Assembly (NCBI GenBank): GCA_024137785.1
Contig: JAHRHZ010000209.1
Span: 1 to 59,082, forward strand
Source: Ginglymostoma cirratum
Lineage: Eukaryota
Reading direction: 5' to 3'
Length of the DNA: 59,082 nt
Made by a program: the position numbers and the translations under genes. Under the pieces are notes generated by a model. It ran no database searches, had not been told where the DNA came from, and was given only the letters and a program-made list of their open reading frames with translations. Below, piece after piece: positions 25,101 through 38,385 of this stretch; the stretch's first letter is position 1; each line of letters opens with the position of its first letter.

Positions 25101-26350
25101 TCTTATCTATTTTTGACCAGCCTGCTGTACTCAAAACAGGCTGGGGTTATATTCGAGGCTCAGAGAGAGATGTTTAATCAGGAAGGGGGATTGAGGGGTT
25201 ATATTCGAGGCTGAGAGAGAGAGAGATGTTTAATCAGGAAGGGGGATCGAGGGGTTATATTCGAGGCTGAGAGAGAGAGAGATGTTTAATCGGGAAGGGG
25301 GATCGAGGGGTTATATTCGAGGCCGAGAGAGAGAGAGATGTTTAATCAGGAAGGGGAATCGAGGGGATATGGACATAGGTTGAAGTCAGGTAAGGCTCGA
25401 CTGGGAGACCCTGAACGCAATCTGGGGGCAAATGGGGTTGCAGGTGGTGGACAAGGGGGTGTAATGAATAACAATTGACTCTTCTTCTCCTTCACTGTTC
25501 CCCTGCACACCCCTCCCCCCAGAATTGACGGTGAAAGCCTGGCCATCGGGAGGATATGCTGTCGGGATAACATTTGGGATTATTGGCATCATCTGTACTG
25601 TGACTGGCATGGTTGGCCGACGGCTAGGTAGGTGTGGAATCTGTGCGTCTGGCCCAGCCAAAGGAACCCTGTCCCCCCACTTCCCCCCCCCCACCCACCC
25701 CACCCCACCACCATCCTTCCCGAACACCGGGAGCAGTATCCCTCCCCAGCACACTGAGCCATTCCAGGTCATATTGAGCACCGACAAGTCTCCAGGCTCC
25801 CTGGCAGATGTTTCCTCTCTGCTCCGGACTGCATTTCCAAATGTTTCACTCTCCCACGGAGAGCCGTTTCCAGGAAGGGGTGAGGTTGAGGTTCTGGGGG
25901 TGCCGGGTGGGGGGGGAGGGGGGGGAGTGGGGGGGTGGGGGGTTGTGGGGGGGAGGGGGCAGGTTGGGGTGTTGGGGGGGAAACACGGAGAGCAGGAGGT
26001 GGCTGCAGTGGGTCAGCCCCAATCTCAGACCCATCTCTCGGTTACTTTCTCCCCAGGGCACCATGCTAGGGGCTCACCAGCCTGGACCAACCAGAACCAA
26101 CGCAACACCCATTCAGAGGGTAGTTCGGGCATCAATGGCTCAGGTAACACCAACCCCCAACCCCACAACCCCTAACATCACCCTCCCGCCTCCCCCCCTC
26201 CACCAACACCGCTCTATCCCTCACTCAACACTGCCCCATCCCCCCAAACACCGCCCCATCCCCCACTCAACACTGCCCCCACCCCCCAACCCCTAACATC
26301 ACCCTCCCTCCCCCCCACCAACACCGCCCCATCCCCCCAAACACTGCCCT

Positions 26351-26403
<53 letters not shown>

Positions 26404-29400
26404 TATACACACACACTCACGGACACGGACACACACACACAGACACAAACACACGTACGCACACACACACACAAACGTACACACACACACGTATACACAC
26501 ATAGACACACACATATCCTCCGCTGTCCCACTTTTCTCCCCCCAGACCCTTTAGGCCCTCAGAGCCAAATCCAGCTCCTTCCTGAATATTATTCAGTGTT
26601 TCAGCCCTGACTGCTCTTTGTGGCAGAGAATCCCACAGGATCCCTCCCCCATCCAACTCTCTGCGGCAAGGCCTTTCTCCCCAACTCAGTCTCCTTTAGA
26701 CCGTGACCCTTAGACTTCCCCAAAATCGGAAACATTTTCCCCACGTCTAGCCTGTCCATCAGGATTTTATCCATATCTAGAAAATCACCCTCGCGAGTAC
26801 AAGCCCAGTCGATCTGGTCTTTCCTCATCTGTCAGTCCTGCCATCCCAGGAATCAGTCTGGTGAACCTTCGCTGTACTCCCTCAATAGCAGGAATGTCTT
26901 TCCTCAGACTAGGAGACCCCAATATTGCATCCAATACTCAAGGTGCGGCCTCACTGCAGGAAGACATCCTTACTCCGATACTCAAACCCTTTCTCCCTAC
27001 GAAGGCCATGATGCCATTAGCTTTTCTCACCGCCTGCTGCACCTGCATGCTAACATTCAGTGACTGTTCCACCATAACAGCCAGGTCTCAGTGCACCTCA
27101 CCGTTTCCTAAACTGTCCCCATTTAGATCATAATCTGCCTTCCTGTCTGTTTTTGTCACCAAAGTCAATAACCTTATATTTATCCACATTATATTGCATT
27201 TGCCCACTCTGCCAGTATGCCCAAGTCACCCTACAGCCTCTTAGCATACTCCTCACAGCACACACTGTCACCCAGCTTAGGATCATCTGCAAATTTGGAG
27301 ATATTGTGCACAATTCCTTCGTCCAAATTGTTGCTGGTGCTCACACCAGAGTTCCCATCTTGGTAGGTTTGAGTGACTTATAATTTCAATCTATGGGCTG
27401 GAATGCGGGCTGATTTCTCCTGGTTATCCGTACACCTAAGCCTTAATAGGCTGAAGTATAAGGAATCTCTTCAGGGTTCTGTCCCAACACTCCTGGCGCA
27501 GATCTAAGGCCAGCTCTTTCCTCGGAAGTAATCAAGTTTAAATTATATCCTTCCCTTCCCTCTTCAGCTGGCAACTTCACAGAACTGTTCAAAGCTTCAA
27601 AAGAACTAAAGACAAACTCTCTCTCTCTCGCTGTCTATCTACGCTCTCTGTCTCTCTCTCGCTCCTCTCTTTCTCTCTCTTTAAGTTGCAGGTGTTTTCC
27701 AGCTAAAGCAGAACTTTCTGTATCTAGTTTGTGCAGACTTGCATGCAGGTAGACAGGGCGGTAAAGAAGACGTATGGCATTATTGGTTAGGGAACTGAGT
27801 ACAAGCATCAGGATGTCAATGTTGCAGCTTTGTAAACGTTTAGTTAGGGCACACGTTAGAATATTACATTCAGTTCTGGCCGCCGCGTTACAGGAAGGAT
27901 GTGGGGGCTTTGGAGACGGTGCAGAAGAGGTTTAAAAGAACAAAGAACAAAGAAAATTATGGCACAGGAACAGGCCCTTCGGCCCTCCAAGCCTGCTACC
28001 CGTCACAACTAAAACCCCCTACCCTTCCAGGGACCCTATCCCTCTATTCCCATCCTATTCATGTATTTGTCAAGACGGCCTTTAAAAGTTGCTATAGTAT
28101 CTGCTTCCACTACCACCTGAGCAGCAAGTTCCAGGCATCCACCACCCTCTGTGTAAAAACACTTGCCTTGTACATCACCTTTAAACCTTGCCCCTTAAAC
28201 CCCTGCCCCCTGGTAACTGACTCTTCCACCCTGGGAAAAAGCTTCTGACTGTCCACTCTATCCACGCCCTTCATAGTCTTGTAGACCTCCATCAGGTTGC
28301 CCCTCCAGTGAGAACAACCCAAGTTTCCCCAACATCTCCTCATAGCTGGTGCCCTCCATACCAGGCAACATCCTGGTAAATCTTTTCTGTACCCTCTCCA
28401 AAGCCACCACATCCTTCTGGTAGCGTGACGATCAGAATTGAACACAATATTCCAAACACGGCCCTAACTAACTGCTTGGATTAGGGGGTATGAGCTATAA
28501 GGAGAGGCCAGAAAAACTCAGGTTATTTTCTCTGGAGCAGTGCAGGGGAGACTTGATAGAAAAGCATGAGATAAGATTGATGGTCAGAATCTTTTTCCTA
28601 GAGTTGAAATGTCTAATACTGATGGAATGAGCTGCCAGAGGAAGTGGTGGGGGCTGGTACAGCGACAGCATTTAAAAGGCATCTGGATGGGTGCATGGAT
28701 AGGAAGGGTTTAGAGGGATAGGGGCCAAATGCTGGTAAATGGGACTAAGCCCATTGCACTGAAGGGTCTGTTTCTGTGCTGTACGGCTCTATGACCGGGA
28801 GCGTGCATTTAAAGTGAGTTCAAAGGAGATGTGAGGGGCAAGTTTTTTTACACACAGAGTGGTAGGAGTGTGGAATGTGTTGCTAAGTGTGGTGATGGAA
28901 GCAGTTATGATAGGGGCATTTAAGGGACTTTTAGACAAGCACATAGATATGCAAGGAACGGAAAGATATGGACCAAGGGCAGGCAGAAGGAAATAGTTTC
29001 ATTTGGGCCGAAGGGCCTGTTCCTGTGCTGTGCACTGTTCTATGTTCTATGACCGAGTGTCCTGTCTGGCCTGTACAGATGAGCCTAAACGTAAGGAGGA
29101 CACCCCCTCATCTACATCAATAGAAGGTGGAGAGTGTCAAGTTCCTCGCAGTGATGATAAACTGACGACTTGTCCTGGGCTCCCCCCGTAGATGTGACAG
29201 TACAACAATGTCCTCCTCTTCCTCAGGAGGCTCAGGAAATTTGCCGTGTCCATAAAGTCCCTCACCAACTTCTACAGATGCACCATAGAAAGCATACCGT
29301 CCGGATGCATAGTGGCCTGGTACGGCAACTGCTCTGCTCAGGACCGTAAGAAACTACAGAAGGTGGTGTGCACAGCCCAGACCATCACAGAAGCCAAACT

Positions 29401-29856
29401 CCCACCTATTTACACAACTCAGAAAGGCAGCCAACATCATCAGAGACCCTGGTAATGATCTCCCACAACCTCTTCCATCAGGCAGAAGGTAGAGAAGCCT
29501 GAACACACGCACCAGCAGGTTCAGGAACAGCTGTCATCAGACTGATGGATGTGCTTCTCTCATTTCAAATGTAATGTCGATCTGTGCACCTCCTGTACAG
29601 CCGCAACCCCGTACGCACCTCACGACCTGCCTGCACTGCTCGCAAAACAAAACTTTTCACTGTACTCGGACACACACAATAACAATGCATCAAGTTGGGA
29701 GTGTTACAGACCAGTGCTGCCTCAGGACCTGCTCTGACCTGTTTTTTTTTTCCCTCATGTTTTGCAGGGATCTGCACACAGGCAGAGGCAGAACGCCTGT
29801 GCGGGGAAGGTGAATGGCATCCCAGTCCCACTGACATCAACCTGAGTCTAGCTTGA
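22106..29856 (+). CDS. WB: Gene D: W-category-type MHC beta chain, divergent partner of gene C
   Basis: Exons: leader 22106-22154 ([16 protein letters not shown]); beta1 23517-23771 ([15 protein letters not shown]); beta2 24549-24827 ([17 protein letters not shown]...[11 protein letters not shown]...YTCQVEHSS...W); TM 25523-25627 ([20 protein letters not shown]); cytoplasmic 26057-26143. A candidate last exon at 29768-29856 (...[10 protein letters not shown]) is less certain. Confidence 0.85.
23830..24295. repeat. 39-bp minisatellite
   Basis: (gagggggtgacggagatagggagggggtgtagggtgatg)n. Confidence 0.9.
25140..25370. repeat. ~55-bp tandem repeat
   Basis: ggggttatattcgaggctgagagagagagagatgtttaatcaggaaggggga, four copies. 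Confidence 0.85.
26560..29050. mobile_element. Cluster of CR1 fragments
   Basis: ADD-like MILSW fragment, [30 protein letters not shown] and [10 protein letters not shown] motifs. Confidence 0.7.
29070..29550 (+). mobile_element. Rex1/L2-type LINE 3' fragment
   Basis: [12 protein letters not shown]...[19 protein letters not shown] is typical of the C-terminal part of Rex1/L2-type LINE ORF2. Confidence 0.7.
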
Positions 29857-32269
29857 GGATGGGGTGCATTTCCAGCCTCTTGACTACACGTAAGAGGAAG
29901 GGGATGCCCAGATAAAACTGTTCCGTTTTAAGCATGCTTTCGATAAGATTTCTGCTGCTTCTGATGAAGATACAGGAGGGACGAACTTACAAAAGTTTGT
30001 AAAATAAGGAGGGGGAGGGATACAGTTAACAGTAGTTGTGGGGGATTTCAAGTCTGGGGGCAGACTTCAAAGGTGAGAGAAGAGAGATTTTAAAAAGGCA
30101 GGAGGGGTAAATTTTTTTGCACAGAGAGCAGTTTGTGTGCACAATGGACTTCCTGAGGTGGCGGTGGCTGTGAGTACAGTTACAACGTCAGTAGATAAGT
30201 ACACGGATAGGAAAGGTTTGGAGGGATATGGGCCAGAAGCAGGTGGGCAGGACTAGTTTAGTTTGGGATTATGAGTCAGCACGGACTGGTTGGACCGAAG
30301 GGTCTGTTCCCTTGCTCTATGACATATCTCGCTGTTGAGATGTGTTTTTGAGGTTATGTATTTGAAGGATTGTCGCTCATTTGAAAAGTTTTCTCTTTCA
30401 GTGAAGGACATAATTGTGTCATCAAAGACCTCTTTGGTGAGTGACATCATGTAAGCTAATTACTCAGGCCCGTCCACTGGAAATCTCATGTCTGGGCTCA
30501 TGGTGGTCAAAAGTTATTTCTTGCTTGGGAGATTGCCACCCGCTGAGAGAGAGAGAGAGGAGCTACAGAACTGAAACACCGTCCCATCTAGGGAAACGTT
30601 GCTGGAGCATTCCCAATTTCCTTTGAGTTTGTGCCAGTTTCCCAGAGAAAACTGCCCTGTGCCCAGTGACATTGAAGAACAAACAATCATTGGCTAAAGT
30701 GCTTATTTTTTCGGAAAAGCATTTTCTTGCAAAAGGTCACCTTTTACCAAACCATTCCTTCCGTCCTTGTGTTATCAGTTCTCTGGATCAGGTAGATTGA
30801 GGGGTATTCATTGGAGGGGTCAGTTCTGTTATATTTAAGGCCAGAGATACATTTGTGCCTTGGAAGCTAACATTGCAGTCCCCCTAACAATGAATTCCCA
30901 TGTGACAATGCTGTGGTTTTAAGGGTTATTTTGTCCTGTCCTTTCTTTTGAAAGTTGGGGGGACGGTGGTTGCTGGCTAGTAAAGACCCGTAAACGAGAC
31001 AGCTTGTGTTTCTTTGTAAAATAAAGCATTGGAACAATAGAAGCAGACTGGCCGGGTGTGGCCAGCTCTCACACACCGGGGTTCTGATTTTGTGTTTTTA
31101 TGGTTAGCTTTAAGCTGTTGGATCTCCAAGGGGGCAGAAGTAGTGGAAGCTATCTTTCTCCTCTCTCGTTTTCACCTAGAAACTGGGGCGGGGGGTTTCT
31201 CTCTGCTCCTGGGCAACCTGTGAGATAAATCTATTTGTCTGATTTTGCCAAGGGGTGCGCTTTTATGGGAATAGTTACTGTGTCTATTGTTCGGTTAAGT
31301 ATGCCAATGAGAGTTGCCATCCTAAATTCTTCTTTCTCTTGCTGTATTTTAACTGTGGTGTTCCAATAAATTGTGTTGCAGCTTAACTGGTCGAATTTTG
31401 CATCTGGAACACAGCACCTCACCCTCACCTTTGAAATACGGAAAAGTTAGGGTCTACACGACCCTCTGTTGTGAAGTTGAATAGAGTACTTGTGGATTGG
31501 AAGGCAGGATGGTAGAATTTTTTGTTTGTGAAACGGAAGGGGGAGAAGAGTGTGTGGTCCCTTTGAAAGATGATTTTTTTTTAGGCTTAGAGATTTTTTT
31601 AAAAAGAAGGTCTCTGCAGGGAGAACAGAAGTCGAAACTTTGGAATAACCTTCCCATGATGCACTTCTCACCAGCCAGGAACAGGCCATTCACACAGTTT
31701 GTGCCCCCAGGCATCCTCCTGTGATGACCCCTCCCCCATCCTAGCATCCCCCTCTCCCCCTCTTTGGGCAGCAGAGTCTAGTTTCCTGTCTCACCCCATT
31801 CCCCTCCATCATTGCCTCCTCCTCCCTCCCTCCCCAAAAGCAACTCAACGAGGGAGCTTCACCCCCTCACCCTCCACCCCAACACTCTACCCTCTGACCC
31901 CTCACCCTCCCCTCCTCCCCTCCTGCTCCACTCCACCACCTCACCCTCCCCTCACCTTCCCCTCCACCCCATCACCCTCCCTTCCACCGCTCACACTCCC
32001 CTCAACCCTGTCACACTCCCCTCCACCCCTCTCCCCCACCCTCCATCCCTCTCTCTGATCACCCCCTCACCCTCCATTCCCCTCACCATTCACCCCCTCA
32101 CTCTCCATCACCCTCCCCTCCAACCCCCTCTCAGCTGCGGCTCCCAAGCTTCCCATGGCTACCTGCCATATCACGTCAATATGTGACCCACACTCGTGCC
32201 CCCCACCCCTGGCCCTGGTCTCCTGGTCACCGGCTTCCTTTACAGAGAAAGATCCCACCCCACCCCAAC

Positions 32270-32960
32270 CTCGTGAGGGCTTGTATCGAACCTACCTGCC
32301 CCCGGCCCCACTTCATTCCCCTGAGCAGCCCCAGGTAGACCCCGACCCCTCACCATCCCCTCCCACCGTGTGTCCCCAGTCCATGCCTGACCCCTGTTCG
32401 CAACGGGAAAGGGCTCTCTCCCTCTCTACTCCCTCACAGATTCCCCTTGAGTTAGATCTCCTCCCCTCCCCCAGCATCTTTGAGATCTCCTTCTCTCCTC
32501 CCTATTCTGACGCTGATGCTTTGCAAAATTCCCCCAATGGTTTGAAACGTGTTTCGTTCCCACAGAACCTGTCCGTCTGGATGGGAGCCAAGTGTCGGAT
32601 TAAAATATCCGGGATTGTGAAATGAGCTAGCTGACAGCGGGGGTGAAAGCGGGCGGGGTGTGTGTGTTGGTGCTGAGATTCAGTTACAGTGCTGAATCAC
32701 GGCGTCAGGTAAAGCTCAACCCTATCGATCTGCCTCTGAGCGACTCTCCGATTCCCATCGCACCATCTGGGAGCGCGCAGGAGAGGGACCCACACGTTCA
32801 CGCGCCATGGAATTCTGCGGGATCTGCCTTCTCAGCCTGGCGACGGCAGTCAGGGCACAGATTGGTGAATCGCTGAGTTTTTAAAGCAGGCCCTTTGGCC
32901 CGTCCTGTCTGTGCTAGCCCTCAAGCAATTGCTCTGTTCTCATCCCATTTCCCTGCACTC
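32270..32960 (+). repeat. Inverted duplicate of the gene A promoter and leader (3520-4250)
   Basis: Core 32400-32885 is a near-identical reverse complement of about 3600-4085, with the same incidental ORF translations (e.g. MKAGGVCVLVLRFSYSAESRRQ). The flanks are homologous but visibly more diverged. Confidence 0.9.
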
Positions 32961-35073
32961 AGCCTGCAGCTGTGCACATTTGTCCGAACACTTTTTCGAA
33001 TGTCTTGACACCCTTTCTTCAGTCAGTTCTGCCAGCCCTCCGGGTGAAAATTGATTGTGTTACATCCCCTTCCCTTAAAACTCTGCCCCCGGATCATTAC
33101 AAATTTCATTTGTGGGATGTGGATGCCGCTGGCTAGGCTGATAGGTATTGCCCATCCCTAATTGCCCATAGGGCAGTTTAAGAGTCACCAGCATTGATTT
33201 GGGGATGGAGTCACATGTCGGCCAGACTGAGTAAGTTTCATACAGTGCACAGCACTGCAGCAGGCCCTTCAGCCCATTACATTGTGCCGAACATGACACC
33301 AAATTAAACTAATCCCTCCTGCCTGCCCTTGGTCCATATCCCCTCCATTCTTTGAGTTTTCATGTGCTTATCTAAAAGCCCCTTAAATGCCCCTGTAGCA
33401 TCTTCCCCCACCGCTGCCCCCTGGCAGCGTGTTCCAGACCCCTACCACTCTCTGTGTAAAATAAAAACCTGCCCCTCTCATCTCCTCTGAACGTGCCCCC
33501 TCCCACCTTAAATGTATGACCCCTACCATTAGACATTTTATCTCTGGGAAAAAGATTCTGGCTGTGAACTCTATCTATGCAGCTCATAATTTTATAGACT
33601 TCTATCAAGTCTCCCCTCAGCCTCCAGAGAAAACAGCCCAAGTTTTCTTGCCTCTCCTTATAGCTCAGATCCTCTAATCCAGGCAGCATCCTGGTAAACC
33701 TCTTCTGCACCCTCTCCAAATCCTCCAACATCTTTCCTGTAACACGGCGACCAGAACTGAGCCAGGTATGTTTCCTTCCCTTAGGGCCATTAATGAACCA
33801 GGTGGGTCTTTATTCCCGATATTTGGAAATTTAAACTCTCGATTCTAGACCTTCTCTTTAATCGAGATCCCAGAATTGGGCTGATGGCCCCCACCACCCC
33901 CACACCCCCACACACCCCTCAAGCAATTTACAAATTTGAGGAGGTCTATACGTGCCGAGGACCTATGGAGAGGTTGGGTGCCCTGCTGGGTGGGGTGGGG
34001 TTTAAATATAGACGTTCATGCACATCCAAAAGACAAAGTTAAGGAACTGTACACACACCAGGTCATTGCTCCTGGCCCGTGTCCCTCCAAACCTTTCCTA
34101 TTCATGTACCTATCCAAATGGATTTTAAACATAGTAACTGTACCCACATCCACCACTCCCTCAGGCAGTTCATTCCACACACAAACAACCCTCTGTGTTA
34201 AATGTTTGTCGCCACCCTCCAACCTTGTCTTTTTTAAATCTCTCTCCTCTCACCATAGAAATGTACCCCCTAGTCTTGAAATCCCCCACCCTAGGGAGAA
34301 ACAAGTACCATTCACTACCTATATCTTTCTTGATTTATAAACTTCTATAAGGTCTCCTCTCAACCTCCAGTGGGAAAAGTCCCAGCCTTTCTTTATAACT
34401 CAAACTCATTCCCAGTAACATCCTGGTAAATCTCTTCTGAACCCTCTCCAGCATCATAATATCTCTTCCTAAAACTGCTTGACCAAAATTGGGCACACTG
34501 CTCCAGAAGAGGCCTCGCCAATGTGCTGTACAACCTCAGCGTGACGTCCCCAACTCCAACACTCAAAGGTTGATTGATTCTTCTGTGTCTTCGATGTGGG
34601 CCTGTGAATGCAACTGTTTGCTTTTATTAAGAGATTAAGTGCTGGAAGAGATTTAAAATCAGGGATGTTTAGGCTCACATCTTGATTAATTTCAGCCACG
34701 GCTCCTGGCATGGAAGGTGAAAGGGGAGACGATGGTCCTGAAGTTGGCGTTAGGTTGGCCTAGAGGCTATTACGGGGCATGGAACGATCCCACTGTGTTT
34801 GACATAAAAGATATTTTGTCCGTTCTGCTTGCCCTGCCCAGAGATGGAAACCGTCAACGCAAGACAATTACACAGTGGAGTCTGAGATCCTTCTCCAGGC
34901 TGTATGATGTTGGGAGGCGAATGTTCATCATCAACGGAAATGCGACAGACCTGGGTGGCAGAGCTGGGCCAGGGTGAGGCGACGCATTACAGAGAAAGAT
35001 CCCACCAGTCCCCCCAAAACACGATGCGTTGCCGGAGACCTGATAAAGACTGCGGACCCCATAACCGTCCGCA
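32807..35073 (+). pseudogene. Gene E: alpha-chain (WA-type) pseudogene, paralog of gene A
   Basis: Leader 32807-32864 (MEFCGICLLSLATAVRAQI) is nearly identical to gene A. The degenerate alpha1 exon 34842-35073 is 232 nt (not a multiple of 3), has an early TGA and a frameshift near 34950, and aligns to gene A: YDVGRRMFIINGNATD/WVAELGQGEATHYRER vs [32 protein letters not shown]. No Ig exon was found. Confidence 0.75.
33240..34570 (-). mobile_element. CR1 3' fragments in the intron of pseudogene E
   Basis: [16 protein letters not shown]...LRGDLIEVYKIM; TQRVVCVWNELP. Confidence 0.75.
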
Positions 35074-35139
35074 GTGAGCTACTCTCGGTCAATAGGCCGA
35101 GTTAGGTTTGGGCTGTCAGGGGTACACAGATGTTTTGGA

Positions 35140-35810
35140 ACATATGAAACAGGAGCAGGGAGTAGGCCATTCGGCCCCGTTCAGCCTGCTCTGCCACTCA
35201 ATAAGATCGGTTGCGTGGACTCAGCTCCACTCACCATAACCCTTAACTCCTTTGCTGTTCAAAAATCTATCTTCGCCTTAAAAACATTCAATGAAGTAGC
35301 CTCACTGCTGGGAATTCCACAGACTTACAACCCTCTGGGTGAAGAAAGTCCTCCTCAACTCAGTCCTAAATCTGCTCCCCCTTATTTTGAGGCTATGCCC
35401 TCTAGTTCTAGTTTCGCCCATCAGTGGGAACAACCTCCCTGCTTCTATCACATCTATTCCCTTCATATGTTTCGATAAGATTCCTCCCCCTCCCATTCTT
35501 CCAAATTCCAATGAGTATGGTCCCAGTTTACTCTATCTCTCCTCCTAAGCCAACCCTCTCAACTCCAGACTTAACCTCCTCTGCACCCCATCCAGTTCAT
35601 CCTATCTCAAGCAAGGAGATCCAAAAGTGTACACAGTACTCCAGATGTGGCCTCACCAGCACCCTACACACCATAACCTCCCTATTTTTAAACTCCATGC
35701 CCGCCAGCAATGAAGGACAATATTCCATTTGCCTCCTTAATTAGTTGCAGCATCTGCCAACCAACATTTTGTGGTCCATGTACAAGGTCACCCAGGTCCT
35801 TCTGCACCTT
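35140..35810 (-). mobile_element. CR1 3' fragment
   Basis: RTRGHSLKIRG...FFTQRVVSLWNS. Confidence 0.75.
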
Positions 35811-36547
35811 CTCACTGTTTAAATCCTCGGTACACTTTCAGTGTCCTCTGCCCATTTTGCTCAGCACTTATTTTAGTGTCTTCGGCAAACAGGAAGAGGC
35901 GCAGTGGGGTCACAGAGGATTCATAGATAGGTATTGGGATTGGGAAAGATAGAAGCAGCAACTTTTTTTTAAACCCACAGCAGCATCCTTGGCAGATACT
36001 CAACCCCAGCGAAGTCTCACTTCAGTTTTCTCTCGCTAATTTCTTACTCAGCTGTTGACACTTCAAGTGCTCCTTTCTAGTGACCTTTCACATCTTCACC
36101 AGGTGTAATTCTCTCCATTACCCAAGACACACACAAATGCGCTCAACTCCAAAGCCCAGCAATCTCTGCTTGGACTTTCTTCCAGCTCTGATGGTCTGGA
36201 GCCTTCCAAATCTAAACTGGCCTTCCGACTATCATGAATATTTTCCTTCTGAACTAGATCCACCTTTATTGATTGATTGATTGTTCTCACATGTCCAGAG
36301 ATACTGTTTACAGTTTCTGTCAATATGTTAGACAAATAGACTAAATGTATGCCTGCCAAATTCGCTGATAGGTCAGAAAGTGAGTTGCAAAGGGGACGTA
36401 AAGAGGCAATTAAAGGATGTTGGTTTGATTTACTGTTGTCACATGCTCTGAGATACAGTGTGAAAGGTGATGCTTTGTGTGCTATATGGGCAGATCGTAG
36501 TCTACAAAGTGCAGCAGGTTTAGTACACGGTGCAGAATACAGTGTTA

Positions 36548-38385
36548 CATAAGAACATAAGAACTAGGAGCAGGAGTAGGCCATCCGGCCCCTCAACCCT
36601 GCCCCGCCATTTAATAAGATCATGGCTGATCTTTTTGAGACTCAGCTCCACTTACCCACCCACTCACCACAGCCCTTAATTCCTTTACTGTTCAAAATTT
36701 TATCTCGCCTTGCCTTAAAAACATTCAGTGAGGTAGCTTCAACAGCCTCACTGGGCAGGGAATTCCACAGATTCACAACCCTTTGGGTGAAGAAGTTCCT
36801 TCTGACCTCAGTCCTACATCTGCTTCCCTTCATTTTGAGGCGATGCCCCCTAGTCCTAGTTTCACCTGCTAGCGGAAACAACCTCCCTGCCTCCACCTTA
36901 TCTATTACTTTCATAATCTTATATGTTTCTATAAGATCTCCCCTCATTCTTCTGAATTCCAATGAGTATAATCCCAGTCTACTCAGTCTCTCCTCATAAT
37001 CCAACCCTCTCAACTCTGGAATCAACTGAGTGAATCTCCTCTACACCCCCTCCAGTGCTAGTATATCTCTTCTCAAGTAAGGAGACTAAAGATGCACACA
37101 GTACTCCATGTGTGGCCTCACCAGGACCCTATACAGCTGCAACATAGCCTCCCTGTTTTTAAACTCCATCCCTCCAGCAATGGCAGATAAAATTCCATTT
37201 GCCTTTTTAATTACCTGCTGCACCTGCAATCCTACTTTTAGCGATTCAGGCACAAGGACACCCAAGTCCCTCTGGATAGCAGCGTGCTGCAATTTTTTAC
37301 CATTTAAAACATAGTCCATTTTCCTGTTATTCCTACCAAAATGGATGACCTCACACTTATCAACATTGTACCCCATCTGCCAGACCCTTGCCCACTCACT
37401 TAGACTATCTATATCCCTCTGCAGACTTTCAGTGTCTTCTGCACACTTTGCTCTACCACTCACCTTAGTGTCATCTGCAAATTTTGACACACCACACTTA
37501 GTCCCCAACTCCAAATCATCTATGTAAATTGTAAACAATTGAGGCCCCAACACTGATCCCTGAGGCACACCACTAGCCACTGACCGCCAACCAGAAAAAC
37601 ACCCATTTACCCCTACTCTTTGCTTTCCACTGGTCAACCAATCCTCTATGCGTGCCAATACATTACCTGTAATACTGTGCAACTTTATCTTATGTAGCAG
37701 CCTTTGGTGTGGCACCTTGTCAAATGCCTTCTGGAAATCCAGATACACCACATCCACAGGTTCCCCATTGTCCACCATGCAAGTAATGTCCTCAAAGAAT
37801 TCCACCAAATTAGTTAAACATGACCTACCCTTCATGAACCCATGCTGGGTGTTCCCAATGGGACAAGTTATATCCAGGTGTCTTGCTATTTCTTCCTTAA
37901 TGATAGATTCAAGCATTTTCCCCACTTCCGAAGTTAAGCTAACTGGCCTGTAGTTCCCTGCTTTTTGTCTACTTCCTTTTTTAAACAGTGGTGTCACATT
38001 GGCTGTTTTCCAGTCTGCGGGAACCACCCCAGAGTCCAGTGACTTCTGGTAAATAATTACTAGCGCATTTGCTATTTCCCCCATCACCTCTTTTAGTACC
38101 CTGGGATGCATTTCATCAGGGCCAGGAGACTTGTCTACTTTTAGCCCCATTAGCTTGCCCAGCACTGCCTCCTTAGTGATTATGATAGTTTCTAGGTCCT
38201 CACCTGCTGTAACCTTCTTGCCATTAGTTTTCGGCATGTTATTTGTGTCTTCCACTGTGAAGACCGACATGAAATAACTGTTTAATGCCTCGGCTATTTC
38301 CTCATTCCCAGTTATTAAATTGGCCTTCTCATCCTCTAAAGGACCAATGTTTACCTTCGCCACTCTTTTACGATTTATATATTTA
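36548..38385 (-). mobile_element. 5'-truncated CR1-clade LINE with reverse transcriptase domain
   Basis: ORF 37086-38426 has KSPGPD, WKTANVTPLFKKG, NYRPVSLTS, LDFQKAFDKVPH, SGVPQGSVLGP and FADDTK. It continues past one stop into 36642-37025 (RRMRGDLIETYKI...FFTQRVVNLWNSLP). The 3' tail is a (ttcttatg)-type repeat near 36550. Confidence 0.93.

Noticed and set aside
26546-26713. Alternative last exon for gene D after ctttttctcccccag-like acceptor
   Set aside because: The sequence is antisense CR1 3' end, so 29768-29856 is the better candidate. Exonisation cannot be excluded without RNA data.
31670-31715. Possible minus-strand leader remnant (MPGGTNCVNGLFLA G|gtgaga) of a lost beta partner for E
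   Set aside because: It is not hydrophobic enough for a signal peptide, shows no evident similarity to the gene B leader, and has no downstream exons.
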